DNA of 64,000 nucleotides. Origin: Sphagnum compactum. Its lineage: Eukaryota. Below are positions 27,550-41,451 of the stretch, in pieces. The stretch is from positions 6,138,001 through 6,202,000 of the forward strand of contig OZ234494.1 in assembly GCA_965153455.1 (NCBI GenBank), given 5' to 3'. The notes under the pieces are model-generated. The model was not told the origin of the DNA. It was given only the letters and a program-made list of their open reading frames with translations, and made no database searches. A program made the position numbers and the translations under genes. The stretch's first letter is position 1; each line of letters starts with the position of its first letter.

Positions 27550-29030
27550 TAAGCAAGCTTGGTTCATTGTAAGCTAACTAATGTCATTTGAAGCAAGTAT
27601 GTAATTTGATTTCTTGTGAATTACTCATTTCAATTTTCTAGTTATGACATGTGAAGATGGCATTTTGAACTTTTAAGGGACTCAAAATGGGAATGTTGTA
27701 ATAACAACAAGTTAGTTTATCTTCAAGGCTAACATGTATTCATTGCATGGTAAGATATTTCAATCTCATGTTTTGTCTTGTCTTAATCTTCTAGTTCATT
27801 AGTGTTCTGTTGCACATGTTTTCATTGGTTTGCTCATCTAAAATCTTAAAATCATTGCATTTGTGTGAACTTGTTGTTGCATGCACATAGGCTCAACTTG
27901 GCCACCTAGATGTTGAACCATTTAACATTGGTTTTGTCATATTGAAAACATGTTGTCAACCTTATATTCATATTTCTCACTATCGTAGAAAAACACCTTG
28001 AGTTTATGAAATTAAGAAAATTCTTACAAACCAAGGTGTTGAAGATTTTGAAAAACATCAAAACCATATGGAATTTTATGTTAACCCAACCCATGAGGTG
28101 TCATGGATGAGTACCCAAAGTCACTCTAGTGAATATGTAGTAAGATAACAATTCTTTCAATGTTGCCATTAATGATCTCAACCATCTTATTGACATTTAG
28201 TTTCTTAATAATTAATATAATCAAATTAGCATGTTTTTTACTTATGCTTAGATTTGTATATTCTTTTATGCAATTTGCATAAAATAAGATTTATTTGTGT
28301 TTAATTACCTTGTAGTTATCAAGAATTACCAAGTAGAAAACATAACTTTGAGGTTAAAATTGGAACTCATAAGAAATTTTTGACTCGTGATTTCTACTAG
28401 GCACAATGCAATTATTTTGCAATGGGTTATTGGCCCCCTTCAACTTGAACATCAAAGGTATTGCATACATGTTTTTTGAATGCACATGACAAAATCTATG
28501 AACTTTTCAATGGGATCTCGTCATTTCTAGGATTATTTTAACTACTTGAATTTTTTTTTATAGTAATCATTGCAACTTTCAATAATCAATTTTATAACCT
28601 TTAATAATGATTAATATAGAAAGTTGTAAGCACAAGTATGTTAATTTTTATCCTTTAAATGTGTGTTTTAAAATTATTTTCATTTGAAAACCTTTTTTTT
28701 TTTTTTGCTTTACATATGATGCCAAACTTTCACAACATGATGTTGTTCCCATGTATGTCAAAGCAACACTTTTGTTGGTTTTGGAGTTAGATGTTTTGCT
28801 TCCTAGCTCTTAACCTCATGGACTTGTTAGGAAAGGGAAGTGTTTAGTTATTGGATTAACCATAAGGTTAAGGATAATTTCAATTTTCTTGTTTGTGATC
28901 AATGTTCTCTATGCATATTGTGCAAAGTTATGAGAAAAGAATTGATGATCATGTGAAGATTGATTTATTATTATTTTAGAATAGAACATGCTTCAAATTA
29001 ACCATGCTAGGACAACTTTGATGGAATTGT
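27550..29030 (+). mobile_element. Highly degenerate hAT-type (ZNF862-like) transposase remnant
   Basis: KHLEFMKLRKFLQTKVLKILKNIKTIWNFML at about 27990-28083 resembles the SPKR...K(I/V)KTRWxS segment of hAT transposases. An IHCM-like (CxxH) remnant lies at about 27740. The boundaries are approximate. Confidence 0.5.
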
Positions 29031-29701
29031 AACACTAAAATCAAATATTAAAAATATAATTTGAGAATAATAAAAACTATTACCTAGGGTAGAAATTGGG
29101 TACATATGGTTAAAAAATAAGAATCCTAAGGTATGGGTCCTATGCATAAGGATCTTTTGACTAAGGACTTACTTTGGGCTCATACAGGGGTTAGTTAACT
29201 ATTTCAAGTTATCTATAAATAAAAGTCAATTAGGTTGACTTCGCTAAAGGCAAAACACTAAATTCTAAAAAAGGAGATTCCACAAAATAAAAAGGTTCAT
29301 CCATGGAAAGGATGTATGTTTAAAAAAATTAACATGTGACATAATATCATTGATTCAAATTAAATGACCAATAATATTTATTAAATTTAAATGAAAGGGA
29401 CGGATGTTTCATCCATTTTCCCTTCATGCATTTTAAGGGGTTGTGAGTGGAACTTTGGGTTCATTCTTCATTTCCATATTTTCATGTTGCATGTCCATTG
29501 TTAAACCTTGTAATAAGACTTTTATGTGTAATGAACCTATTATATAATAAATTTATTATGTTTTTTTTTTTATTGTGGAAGAATTCATAAAGGAAAACTT
29601 ATGTGTATTTGGTGATTGATCCCAATATTGCGAGGTTTTAAAATATGTGTAATGAACTCCTCATTGGTCTTAGCCCACATAAATACCAAACATTAAGCAT
29701 G

Positions 29702-30583
29702 TGTCTTGTGACTATAGCTTTGGGCTTATGACCAAGATATTAATGAGAAGGGGAATGAGTTGGGAGAGTGTTTTAAGACTCAAACACAATCTTGCAAGTG
29801 TGGAAAAATGTGTCCCAACATTTTCAAGTTGAAGTTGGAGTCTTGGAGTTTCCCAATTATTTGGGACAAAAATATAAATAACAAATCATGTCCATATTAA
29901 ACCCTTTTTAAACCATTGGAAAGGTCTTGAAATGAAGACACTGAAAATGAACTCACAATGACCTTGATTTGGAGATTTAAAACTCAATTATTAAGAATTA
30001 ATAGTTTGATTTTCAACTATTAAAACTTAGAAAATAGAGGTCAAAACACATCTAATTGGAGTTTATAATTTGTTATTGAAAAAAGCCCTTTCCAAGGACT
30101 ACACCTTTGTAGTTGAAATTTTTTCAATGAGAGCTCGTATGTGGGAGTCACAAGTTCATAATGTTGCAAGATTCATGAATTGTCAAATTTGAATTTCTTG
30201 AAACTCCTCCCCAAGATATTGAATTTTTTTTACTACTTGACGCAACTCTTGTTGTTAGTCATAAAATATATTATAAGGAAGAGAATGATGACATCATTTC
30301 AAGTTGAAGTCGTGGTCTGTTTTGTGAACTGAATTGTTAATGATTTGTCTATGCATCATTTTGACTCCAATTTGCACTAATTATCCTTTTTATTGGGTTG
30401 TGCATGGTGATTTCATTTTCAAACTTGTGTTTATGAATTCGTCCTAGTCCCATTATGAAATTTTCATGTTTTTTTCCTTTGTGCAAGTTTAAGGAACATA
30501 TCTTAAGGTTGCATTTTGTTGCAAAATAAACGATTAATAAGTTTTATACCCTGATACCATTTAACAAAACTAAGGGTGTGTCA
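29702..30583. mobile_element. Candidate degenerate solo LTR
   Basis: Starts TGTC and ends GTGTCA (TG...CA), flanked by gCATG (29697-29701) and aCATG (30584-30588) as a near-perfect 5-bp TSD. It is non-coding. Confidence 0.45.
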
Positions 30584-32282
30584 ACATGGGTGATCTTGAT
30601 TCAAAAAATGTAAATATCATCACTTGTATTGTGTGTGTTAAGTATATGTTGTGTGGGATTTTGATTCATTCAATCTACCTTGCGTCAAGAAAAACTTATT
30701 TAAAACATAATCTTCAAAAATCTTAACTCGTGTTGGCAAGTTCTATTGAACGAACAAGTTTTTTAACTTAGTTCTAAGTCAAGTTCTAAGGTAACTAAAT
30801 TGATCCAAGTTCACAATTTTTCCAAAACTAGAATGAAATCCAAACTATGTAATTGTTTTTTTTTTATTGAAACAAAAACCAAAACATGAACCTAAACTCT
30901 ATTGTCCCATTTTAAATTGATCTAGGTTTCTCTATGTTGAAAAATACAACTTTTTTTTGAAAGAACAAAAATCAAGCGATACTTTTCAAGTCAAGGTATT
31001 AGTTTCAATTGGTTGTAAACAATGAATAGGTACTCGCTACCTTAGGAAAGGATATTAGCGGATGTCCTAAAGCTAGTGATTTTTTGGGGGGCAATTTTTT
31101 GTCATTTTGAAATGAAAAAAAATTTGAAAAAAGAATATTTTGTCACAAATTCATTTTTTTAATTTAAAATTTGGTCAAAAAGAAATTTTTAATTAAAAAA
31201 ATTGTCACAAATTTGACTACCTAGTCATGTGAAATTCATATTTGTGTGAATAGCTCTTACCTTGTCCGACCCTTTATTCCCTTTATTTGGAGAATATTCC
31301 CACCCTCGGGCGGCCTTAATTTATGGCTAAATAGGTAGCAGTGTGATTGGCATTGACTCGGGAAAAAAAAAACTCCCCTCATATTTGTGAAATAAAGGGC
31401 CCTTTATTTCAGGAATGTCCCCACCCTCGGGCTTTTTAAAGCCAGTGAACCCTATCACCTACCGAGCAAAGCAAAGCTGTGCTTTTTCTTTTTTAAAGGA
31501 ATTTTTGTTGGTAGCCAAAGTGACAATCATCCATAGGAAGATGTAGAAAAAATGGCAATCATCCATATGAGGATTTAGCCAAATCTGGCTATAAACCAGA
31601 GATAAAGTACAAAATCTTTAATAATCCTTATATATATATATATATATATAATGCTGCAAAATGAAAAATCAAATCAAATATATTGAATCTGGAGATTTCA
31701 TTTTATTATTATTATTTTGGGTTTCACTTTTGGCGAGATTTCGCCCATAAATAAATAACTAATTACATTTAATATATTAAATAAAATGATATATATTAAT
31801 TTAAACATTTATAATTTAAAAAGCAGAGGGGGGGGGGCGGAGGTCAAATTTGGGGCACAAAAAAGGCGACAGTGGACAAACTTGGCGGGCCTGCGACACA
31901 CGACGGCCAAAAGTAGGGGGCCTTCGGCAGCACCTGATTGGCCGGATTAAAAAAACTTTGAATTAAAAAGTGTGTTTTTTTTTTGGCTAGCGAGAAGAAA
32001 GAAACTCCGCGCCGCCTTGTGCGCACAATATATTCATGTCAGCTCGTCCATTCTCAGAATGCTCGCTAGTCCCAATTACGAGCCAGAAAATGGAGACCGG
32101 CAGGCACATTACATATAATAATGGAGGCTGTATTCCAGGATTCCATACATTACAACTTTCTGAGCTAAGAGTCAGATATATACCAGATTCCGTCCGTAAT
32201 ACTTCGTCGTTGCCACGACATTGCGAAGGGCGCACGCGTGCGTCTGCGGCAGAATCGTCGTCGCTGCCTCTCTCCCTCTCTT

Positions 32283-32523
32283 CTCGCTCGCTCGCCCAGA
32301 GCAAGTCCAGCGTTGGGAGTGAGCTCGGAGTTCCTTTGGCTCGCTCGTTCGCCCAGAGCAAGTCCAGCATTGGGAGCGAGCTCGGAGTTCCTTTGGCTCG
32401 CTCGCTGGCTCGCTCGCCCGGAGCAAGTCTAGCATTGGGAGCGAGCTCGGAGTTCCTTTGGCTCGCTCGCTCGCTCGCCCAGAGCAAGTCCAGCATCGGG
32501 AGCGAGCTCGGAGTTCCTTGGCT
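32283..32523. repeat. GC/CpG-rich tandem repeat, 4 copies of about 57-65 bp, immediately upstream of the lipase ATG
   Basis: Core gcccagagcaagtccagcattgggagcgagctcggagttcctttg separated by variable (CTCG)n linkers. Confidence 0.9.
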
Positions 32524-32535
32524 GCGCGTTGAGAG

Positions 32536-35500
32536 ATGGTCGGACGCGGGGGAAGGATACAGAGGCTTGTGGATGGTGTGTTGGGAGTAGCCAAGGAGTA
32601 ACCTTCTTTGCTTCGATGGGACTCTCAGTCTCCCTCAAAGAAATGCCGCATTTCTTTTTTTTTTGTTGCTAAAGAAGGCATAGTAAGATCATCAGTTTCC
32701 TAGCGGGTTGTAGAGAATTTGGAAAGCAGAGCATTACAATCGAACATTGAGCTGGAGAATTGATGAATGAATGTTCCTTGCCAATTATTATTACCCAAGC
32801 AGTTAGTTGTAGAAGACCAGTGTGTTTCTCAGCTGCATTTTTTTTGTTGTTGGTTTATTGGTGGGGTGGGTGGATGGGTGATTCAGATCATTGAAGACAG
32901 TCAGTCATGAAGCATTCAGCAACACTGTGAGGTTCATCAATGGCTTCTCAGCATTCCTTCTTACTGTGTTGCCTGCGAAGGCAAGCCTGGAGGGCATCCA
33001 TGAAGGATGGGAACTCCGTCCCACATTCCGTGCTCCCCGTTTGCCTCAGTGGATGGAAGAGTAAGTGTCGTTGTTGTTGTTGCCCTAATTAGAATAGCAC
33101 CCAATTGCCAAAATCCTTCTTAGGGCTTGGCAGCAGCTCAAGAACTACTGGCTCCTGGGGCTGACCTATTCCTTTCTGGAAGTGTTGTTGTTGCCCTAAT
33201 CCATTATGCAGTGACAGACTAAATAGCACTCATTTGCAAAAATTCCCATCTTCCTAGACTGGGCAGCAGCAGCTCAAGAATGGGGCTGCCGGGACTTCCC
33301 TGTTTCTTTCTGAAAGTAGTTTCTGGTCATTTTTTTTCCATGCAGTGGTGTATCATCCTTCAACTGTTTCATACACGAGTACGATACTTACAGTGAGTCA
33401 GAATCCAAATCAGAAGATGAATCAGGTTTGGAAGGTAACAACAACAACAACAACCACAACAACAACAGTCTGCTGCTGCCTTCTTCTCCCAGTTCTCCAA
33501 CCTCACATGTTTCAAGAGCAAGCAGTGGCAGCAGCAGTGGACTACTTATTTGGCACCAGAAGTGGCGAGACAGCTCCTCCATTTGGAAACGAATGGGTCG
33601 GAAATTGACATGGCCATTTCATGCTTGGTATTTTTTTTCCCAGTTTTTCCCCCCTTGTCTCTGAGCTTCTGTCAAGCTTTTAAGTGAATTGAGTCACTGT
33701 CAGAATCTGTAGCACCTGCCAATTTTGGGCTTCTGATTGCCACAGTATACAGTTTACATGTCACGGTAATTGGTAGCATGCCCTTATATGTGTTATTGCA
33801 TGTTGGCAGCAGGGGTATAAGAGGGCATTCCCAAGGGATGACACCTGAAGGTTCATTTAGAGGATCAAGTGGCTTGAGAGGATCTCATCATTGTGGCTCC
33901 AGTTCTGGAAGCCTCAGTCACATGTACAGCATTGCTACTCATCACTTCAGTGGAGTGAAAGACTTTATGATGATGCCAAAACAAACTGGAGACCTGAGAC
34001 GTGGTATTGTAGAGGTTATTATGCTCTAAAAAACCTTTCTTCAATGCCCAAGTGTGTGCCTACCATCCTAGTGAGAAATTTTTCTGATTGGGTTTGTGGG
34101 GTTTTGGGGTTTATGGACTCTTTTGTTTTCATGTTAGTAACATATGTTCTGTGCATAACAAGCAGGATCTGCAACTCTCTGTGGAGCTCTTTATTGAACG
34201 AGTGTTTGATGTTGTGCGAAATTTGATATACTCCGGGTTGTCACCATGTGAAACGGTGAAGTTACTTTTCAAATGGTGTTTTTATAGCAATCTGTATGAA
34301 CATTCTCAGCTGGAGACTGTCAATACAGCCACACTGGGTGCTGCAGACCCAACTCCCCAAAAACATGTCAAAAGTGAACAGAATTTGAATACTGATGCAC
34401 GCACGTGTGAGGATGTCATCACTGGCCTGGGGTGAGTATTTTGTTGACTCTTGACAGCTTTTAAGAACTACATCAAGTTTCATGAGGATTGACTCCGGTT
34501 CATGATCTATGATCTTTTGTGAACTAATAATGCAAGGATGGCTGAACGTTATACTTTTGAACAAAGTTTCTGGAATGTGCCAGGTATCCCTATGAGGCAC
34601 TGCAGGTGACTACAGCAGATGGTCATGTTCTGTTACTTGAGAGAATTCCCAGGCATGCCCACTTTCACTAAATCTACATGAGCCTTTATACTCTGGATTG
34701 AGTTTCTATTCAGGGGACCTTTGATTGCATGAGCTTGATTGCATTTTCTTCCTGCATTAAACCCCTCAAAACAAATTTTTTGGTATCACAACATATATTC
34801 AAATTGTGTGTTTGCAGACAGAATTCTCAAAAGGTGTTGTATTTGCAACATGGTTTACTGGACTCTTCTCTAGGGTAAGTTGACAAGCATTGGAGATTTC
34901 AACAAGGCAATCCTTCTCTGATTCCAGATTATTATTGTATTTGTAGTTTAGTCTCCATAACGCATACCTGCTGAGGATCTCCTCCTGCTTGCATGGGTTT
35001 ACTTTTTTTTTGGTCAAATTTTGACCTGGTTCATCTGGGTTGACAGGTGGGTCTCTAGTGGAGTTGTGGGCTCTCAAGCTTTTGCTGCTTATGATCAAGG
35101 TATGTCTGCAAAGATTTCTTGTATTGGGAGAGAACTTCCTCTGCACAACATATCGAGACATATGGTATGCAGAGCAATTGATGTGGCTATCAATAAACTG
35201 TTGTGGGCTTTGGAGCAGTAGGATTCTGCTATACAGTTCCATATGTACTTGGATGCTTCTTACAGCAGATGCTTTCTGCACCTTGCAGGCTATGATGTGT
35301 TTCTGGGTAATTTTCGTGGTTTAGCATCTCGGGAACATGTAGATAAACACATCTCAGCTCAAAGGTGTGCTGTTCAACTCATTTGCTGAACAGTTGTTGT
35401 ATCTTCCTCTTGGTGTAAAGCCCTTGTTGTTGTTGTTGGGGCTGTTGTTCTGATTAGGGTTAGGAGCTTCATCATGGCTCTCTGTTCTTCTTCTGAGTAT

Positions 35501-37100
35501 TTTTTGTGCCGTGCTCATGTGACAAACCCTCTCTTACCCTTCTGACAGGTATTGGCAGTACTCAGTCAACGAACATGGCACTCAAGACATTCCAGCAATG
35601 CTAACAAGGATTCATGAAATCAAGATGTATGAATTGACAGATCTTCCAGATGAACAGAGCCCTCTAAATCCTGTGAACTGTGTTGGGGACCGGCTTCCTT
35701 ATTCATTATGTGGAGTTGCTCACAGCTTGGGGGGTGCATCAATTCTTATGTATGTGGTAACCCGGAAGTTGGAGAAAAAGCCTCACTATCTCTCTCGACT
35801 CATACTTCTCTCGCCTGCTGGGTTCCACCAAGATGCACCTGCATTTTGTGCAGTCCTGCAATATGGACTCCCTTTGCTAGCTCCGGTTATAGGCCCTCTT
35901 GTTCCTGGGCTTTACATACCCACAAGATTTTTTCGAGGGGTCTTCAACAAGCTTGCTCGAGACTTCCAGAACTACCCAGCAATTGGGGGACTGGTTCAAA
36001 CCTTGTTAAGCTGGGTTGTGGGTGGTGACAGTTCTAACTGGGTTGGTGCAATTGGCATGTCACATTACAACATGGACGACATGCCAGGTGTCTCCTTCCA
36101 AGTGGCCCAACACTTAGCACAGATGATGCGTGTGAACCGTTTCAGCATGTTTGATTTTGGGAGTGTGCCAGCCAATATCGATGCTTATGGAACACCTGAG
36201 CCTCTCGATATTGGGGCCAATTATGGAGTTATCGATATTCCTGTCGACTTGGTGGCCGGGTTGAAAGACTGGTTGATTCCTGGTTCGATGGTTAGCAAAC
36301 ACTTCCAGACGCTCCGAGCAGCTGGTTGCCAGGCTTCATATGCTGAGTTTGAGTATGCCCATTTGGATTTTACTTTTGGTAATCGTGAAGATCTTTTGGC
36401 TTACGTTATGTCACGCCTTTCTCTTGTGACACCTCCCAAGTTTCAAGATAGTGATGTTCCAAAACTGCAGAGTCTGAAACAGTCAGATTCAAAAAGTGGG
36501 AAGATGTCAAAAAAGTTGTTCAAGGAGAAGATAAAGATTGAAGTTGATGCCAAAGCCGAGGATGGGGAAGTTTTGAATCAGGTAGGCAAAAATGGATTTC
36601 CAACAGTGCTACAGAATGGGAAATCACAAAATGGGCTTCCGAATAGTTTCCACCATGATCGTCAGCGAATGCAACTGGAGGATGCGCTACCATTCACGTT
36701 GAAACCAATACTGCAGTCAGATGGTATGCCCAAAAATGACCAAGAGCTTCACAGTACTGTATCTGAGGTGATTGACAGAGTGGATTCTCAGGAGATGAAG
36801 TCCAATACTGAGCTGCGATCGTTTTATGACTCAAGCTTCTTCACATTTCCCTCACAGGATGGTGTATCAATTACCTCAAGCCAGGCTTCACACAGCGTGA
36901 AAGGTGTAAGTGCTGTAAACAGTCAAAAGGATTCCAGTGGCATCCGTAATTTTCAGAGCTGGAGTTCTTCACCTGAGGTCTCAAGACACCATAGTAAATC
37001 CCATCAAATGACAATGACTAGCACTTTGAAGCCGAGTTTTTTTCACAAGTTGAAGACTAGGCTGTTTGGAAATTGTTCAAGAAGTGGTCCTAAATCTTGA
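32536..37100 (+). CDS. Alpha/beta-hydrolase lipase (Abhydro_lipase family, similar to Arabidopsis At1g73920/At1g18460), 10 exons
   Basis: Exons 32536-32597, 32887-33060, 33346-33627, 33813-34014, 34166-34431, 34584-34652, 34818-34874, 35047-35099, 35289-35364 and 35549-37100 join in frame. The product reads MVGRGGRIQRLVDGVLGVAKE...GWELRPTFRAPRLPQWM...NTDARTCEDVITGLGYPYE...VLYLQHGLLDSS...GYDVFLGNFRG...AHSLGG (nucleophile elbow)...YAHLDF (catalytic His). Confidence 0.93.
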
Positions 37101-39066
37101 GGACTAACAGGAGATGTGAAAAGTGCATGGCTGAGATTTGTGTTCACAAGCACTGTGGCCATTTGTGAGTCATCCCTTCTTCACCATCCATGCCTTGCCT
37201 AATGCTTTTGTGAGCAACATTCATATGGTTATGACAATACCCATTTCTTGTGTTACCATCAAATTGTTATTGTGGAACTTCCCTCGGCATATTTTCTTCA
37301 CCATGCTTTACTTGCACTCTGTTTCTGCAAACTCAATACTTCATACAAATGTCCTAATGAATACAGACCCTCCCTGCGTCAGTTATTGATTGAGGTGATT
37401 TGTGTGAACTTGGTGAAGGTGGAATGTACAGATCTCATCATGGAGGTGGACAAGCATGTGCTAGAGGCAGCACATTGCTTTTCATTGGATAGTAACTTGG
37501 GTGTAGTTGGCAACTGGATCCAGGACACAAGTTGCTCTTGACAGTGATTGATACATCTGAGTATAGGCGTGTAAATGTACCTGCATTCCAAGCTTCAATG
37601 TCAGGCTGCAGGTTGGTGTCCTGTCAGCTCAGAAGTACAGCAGCATTCTCTGCAAACAAGAACTCGGAATGCATAGTGATCAGGTGTTCTCTATTTTGAT
37701 GTGCTACTGTTGCTAGAGTGTATTCTGTTCTCCAGAATACACTGCTAAAGTTTTGTGGATCTTGGGTGCTCTATGAGTGGACAGTGCAGGTATAGATTTG
37801 GTGGGATCGATTGTTTTGAGCTTGCAATTTTGCTGAAGCAGTGGGGCTGTGGAGGAGGAGGCATCATGCCCGATCATCATATTAGCATATTGTATCCAGC
37901 TATCCCCATCCCAGGAAAGCTTCTTAATGTTGGTGGATATTTTCTGACAACTAAAGAAGGTGATTTTTTAAACTGACGAGCATAGCTGGATGCAGTTCTC
38001 GAATCCAAACACGTTTTTGGGACTTCGTCAAAGTACGAGGTTGTAACAGAAATTACTGCAGGTCAGATTCTATTGATGTTTTTGCTGGCATGGTCAAGTT
38101 ATATATGACTTGCTGGCAGGGAGAAGTTGTTGCTTAGCAAAGTTACAAATGACAGCATCCTGTCCTAATAATCCCCTGTCATGTAATCTCCCCTCTAAAG
38201 TGGTTTAGAGTGTTTGGTGTTATGCACATGTTTGGAGAGGAAAAGAATGACAGTATTTTATTTCAACAGCAAATCCACAGGCGTGACATGCATCATATGT
38301 TGGCAAGTACCTGGATTTCAAGTTATAAAGGATTGCCATGCAGATGGGTTATGCATCGAGGAACTGAATTGAGAGGGGTTCATGGTTCATGATTCAAGTT
38401 TGCAAGAAAAGGTGGAAGGTTGCTGAGATTATAGTATCATGTGTGTGTGGGGTGGGGGGGTTGGGGGGGAATTCTATATATTGTGGAGATAACAGACATG
38501 AGCCAGTTTTCACAGCAACCTTCAAAGTCCTGTTTAGAGATGATAAGAGCAGTAGTTTGGACATTGTAAGCTACCTCTATTAGGGCTTACCATCCTTCCA
38601 AATGGGTGTTTCTAGTCTTGAAATTCTGATGCATTGATCTGACATTGTTTTTTACTCCTTGTATGGTATTTTCAGAGCAATGGCTCTGAAAGTATTTTTG
38701 CTATGGTGCTGACTCCTCAGTGGTGTTGTTATTTCAGAGGGAAAGGTTATATAGCTGCATTTGACTGTGAAGGTCATGTTGAAAAGGCAATTGCAAAGTC
38801 TGTTCTTCCTTTTGGAAGGGTTGTTTAATAGCAGAATTCATGTATCATTTTGCTATTCTAGGGGAAAAAGAGAGGGCCTTGGATTGATAGGCAGGTGTGG
38901 TTGACTGGCCTAGTAGAACTTTAGACTTGCATAAAAGTTTCCTTCCTGCAGAGTTTTTATCTTCATTGCATGGTTACAAAGGGAGAGATCTGAGGGCATC
39001 ATAGAAGAATTGGTATCTCTACCCTCTGTTATAAATGATGAGTGCAAGCTCTTTTGCAGCTTTGAT

Positions 39067-39387
39067 GAGCTTTAGATCTGATTATTGTGGAGTTGCAGCT
39101 TTGAGCTTTAGGTTTGATCATCATGGATTGATTGAAACCTTGACTTGAGCTTTAGATCTGATTGTAGTGAAATCTCAGCTTTGAGCTTTAGGTTTGATCA
39201 TCATGGATTGATTGAAACCTTGATTTGAGCTTTAGATCTGATTGTAGTGAAATCTGAGCTTTGAGCTTTAGGTTTGATCATCATGGATTGATTGAAACTT
39301 TGACTTGAGCTTTAGATCTGATTGTAGTGATCTCGCAGCTTTGAGCTTTAGGTTTGAGCATCATGGATTGGATTGAAACTTTGACTT
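39067..39387. repeat. 80-bp minisatellite, 4 copies
   Basis: Unit gagctttagatctgattgtagtgaaatctcagctttgagctttaggtttgatcatcatggattgattgaaaccttgactt; each unit contains two gagctttag sub-repeats. Confidence 0.9.
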
Positions 39388-41451
39388 CACATGGGGATGG
39401 AGAAAACTGGACAAGAGCACACTTTTGCTTCCAGAAACTTCAAAGTGGATTGTGCCCTTTCATGACTGGTGAGAACTTTTGCAGCTTTGAAACCTTTAGA
39501 TCTGATTGGCCTGGTTTGATACTTTTGACTTGACATGGAGCAACCAAGTTCAACAATGTGACCCAGAACCCACCAGTGCACAATCCATTGCAAACCCATT
39601 ATGCACAACACAGTTGTGAATGAACTGACAACTCTAATCAACAACTGAGTTCCATGGTTCCACCTTGGTAACCTATCCTGAAATTCTCTTGCTTATTAGA
39701 GTTATCCCGTTGGGTCAGGCGATTAAGAGGTGAGAACGGCCAGTTTTGGCATAATAGGGCATCAAACGCGGAACTGGGAATGAAAATTTTACATATAGAA
39801 ATAACTGGGACCCAAACTAATTTTTCCACCAATTTTAGTGGTAAACAGAGTTTCATCCTGTCTTTTATTTTTCCTCAGCGCCTCCACTCCACTGCTGCTA
39901 CATATATTTTCACTGCACCTACCTGTACAACTACTATAATTACTCTTGAACCTTGTGCATTAAATGCTGATTTCAGCATTTCATAACTCAGATTTAATAA
40001 AATTTCCTTACTTTGTGGATACCACTGAGAGAGGGGATAGGAGGCGAAAGCAGAGGAGATAGGGGGGTGAAACAGAGGGCGACTTTATGGATAAATGTAT
40101 TTTATTGCACTACCTATGTAAATGGGTATCATAGGTACATAGGTAGGGGATGTATATGGTTAGCTATGTAGGTAGGGCACTTGGGGGGCTACTAGGTAGG
40201 TATGTGGATGGATGTGGATTATCACACAGGAACTTGATGGTGCTTTATGGCTGGTGAATTGTCACCAGTTGGCATTTTTAAAGAAAAAACTGGTAAAAAA
40301 AAAAGTGTTTTTTTTCTTTGGGGGGGTAGGGTTGGTGTTTTCTACTTTCCAAATGCCGAATTTCAAAAGAGATTTTTTAAAAATTTAAATTGTCAGTTTA
40401 TACATGAAGATCCACTCTGTTTTTTTTCGTGGCGAAATTTCACAATTTGGGTTTTTTTCAGGAAATGAAAAAACAGCCAACATAAAAATTTGTGATTTTT
40501 AGCGATTCTTTTTCACCATTTTCCAAATTTAAAAAATTGAATTAGCCATGTCTAGACCTAGGCTCTTCATGAGTCACCCACATGTAGTAGCTCTTTTGTA
40601 AAAATGCTACAGCCCACCTAAGCTGTCAGCCACCATACCTAATGCTAGTTGATGCTGAGGATCCTTGCCAATGGACCTACTTAAGGAATTTGGGGGGGGC
40701 AAAAAAACCTTGTTTCCACTAGGTAGCCCAAAATATAAAAGGATGTTTAAATTTTTTCACCTTTATGTTTTATTTATGGCCAGGTTTGGCTAAATCCTCT
40801 TGTAGATGATCCCCACTTCAGCTACATCACAAAACTGAGAAAAAAAAAAACCAAGGGCCAAATGTAATGCCCCTATAACCTAAAAGGAGCCCTAAAGCAA
40901 AAAGGTTGCCAAAGTATTGCCCTAAAACGACAGTTGATGAAAAACAATGATTGTCATGAGCACACTAACCATATGGTGCTCAAAATAATCTTTTGTTTGT
41001 TTTGTGTGTTTTATGTTTGTAAGTTGCATTCATGGAGATGGGAGAATGGAGGCGTTATGTTTCTCTTTTTTTAGAATGGAGGCGTTCTATTTTTCTTGTT
41101 TTAGAAGATGAATTCACAAGCTTATCTTTGTTGTTGTTTTTTTTTTCATGACATTTCGCAAGTTTATGGCTCCAATTGGTGCATTGGATTATGGAAGGAT
41201 GAGGAATTGCGGCTATTTGAAGGATGGCAGTTCTACAACAAGGGGGCTTTTTGCTGGTTTTTGGAGCAGATAAATAAAAAGCTAAGAATTCCAATGCTAG
41301 TCATGTTTGGGTAGGAATATAGATTTGTTTTCAGTTTTGAAATGCATAGAGAGAAGAATGCTCTTCATGCATGACTTTACTCTCCAATTTTTTCGCTATG
41401 TTGGACAGGAAAAGTTTGTGTTAGTTTGTTAGAAATGGGCTAGTGGTGAAA

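Noticed and set aside
31987..32638. Overlapping 140-184 aa ORFs on both strands
   Set aside because: They are by-products of the GC-rich tandem repeat; the real coding frame starts at 32536 (lipase exon 1).
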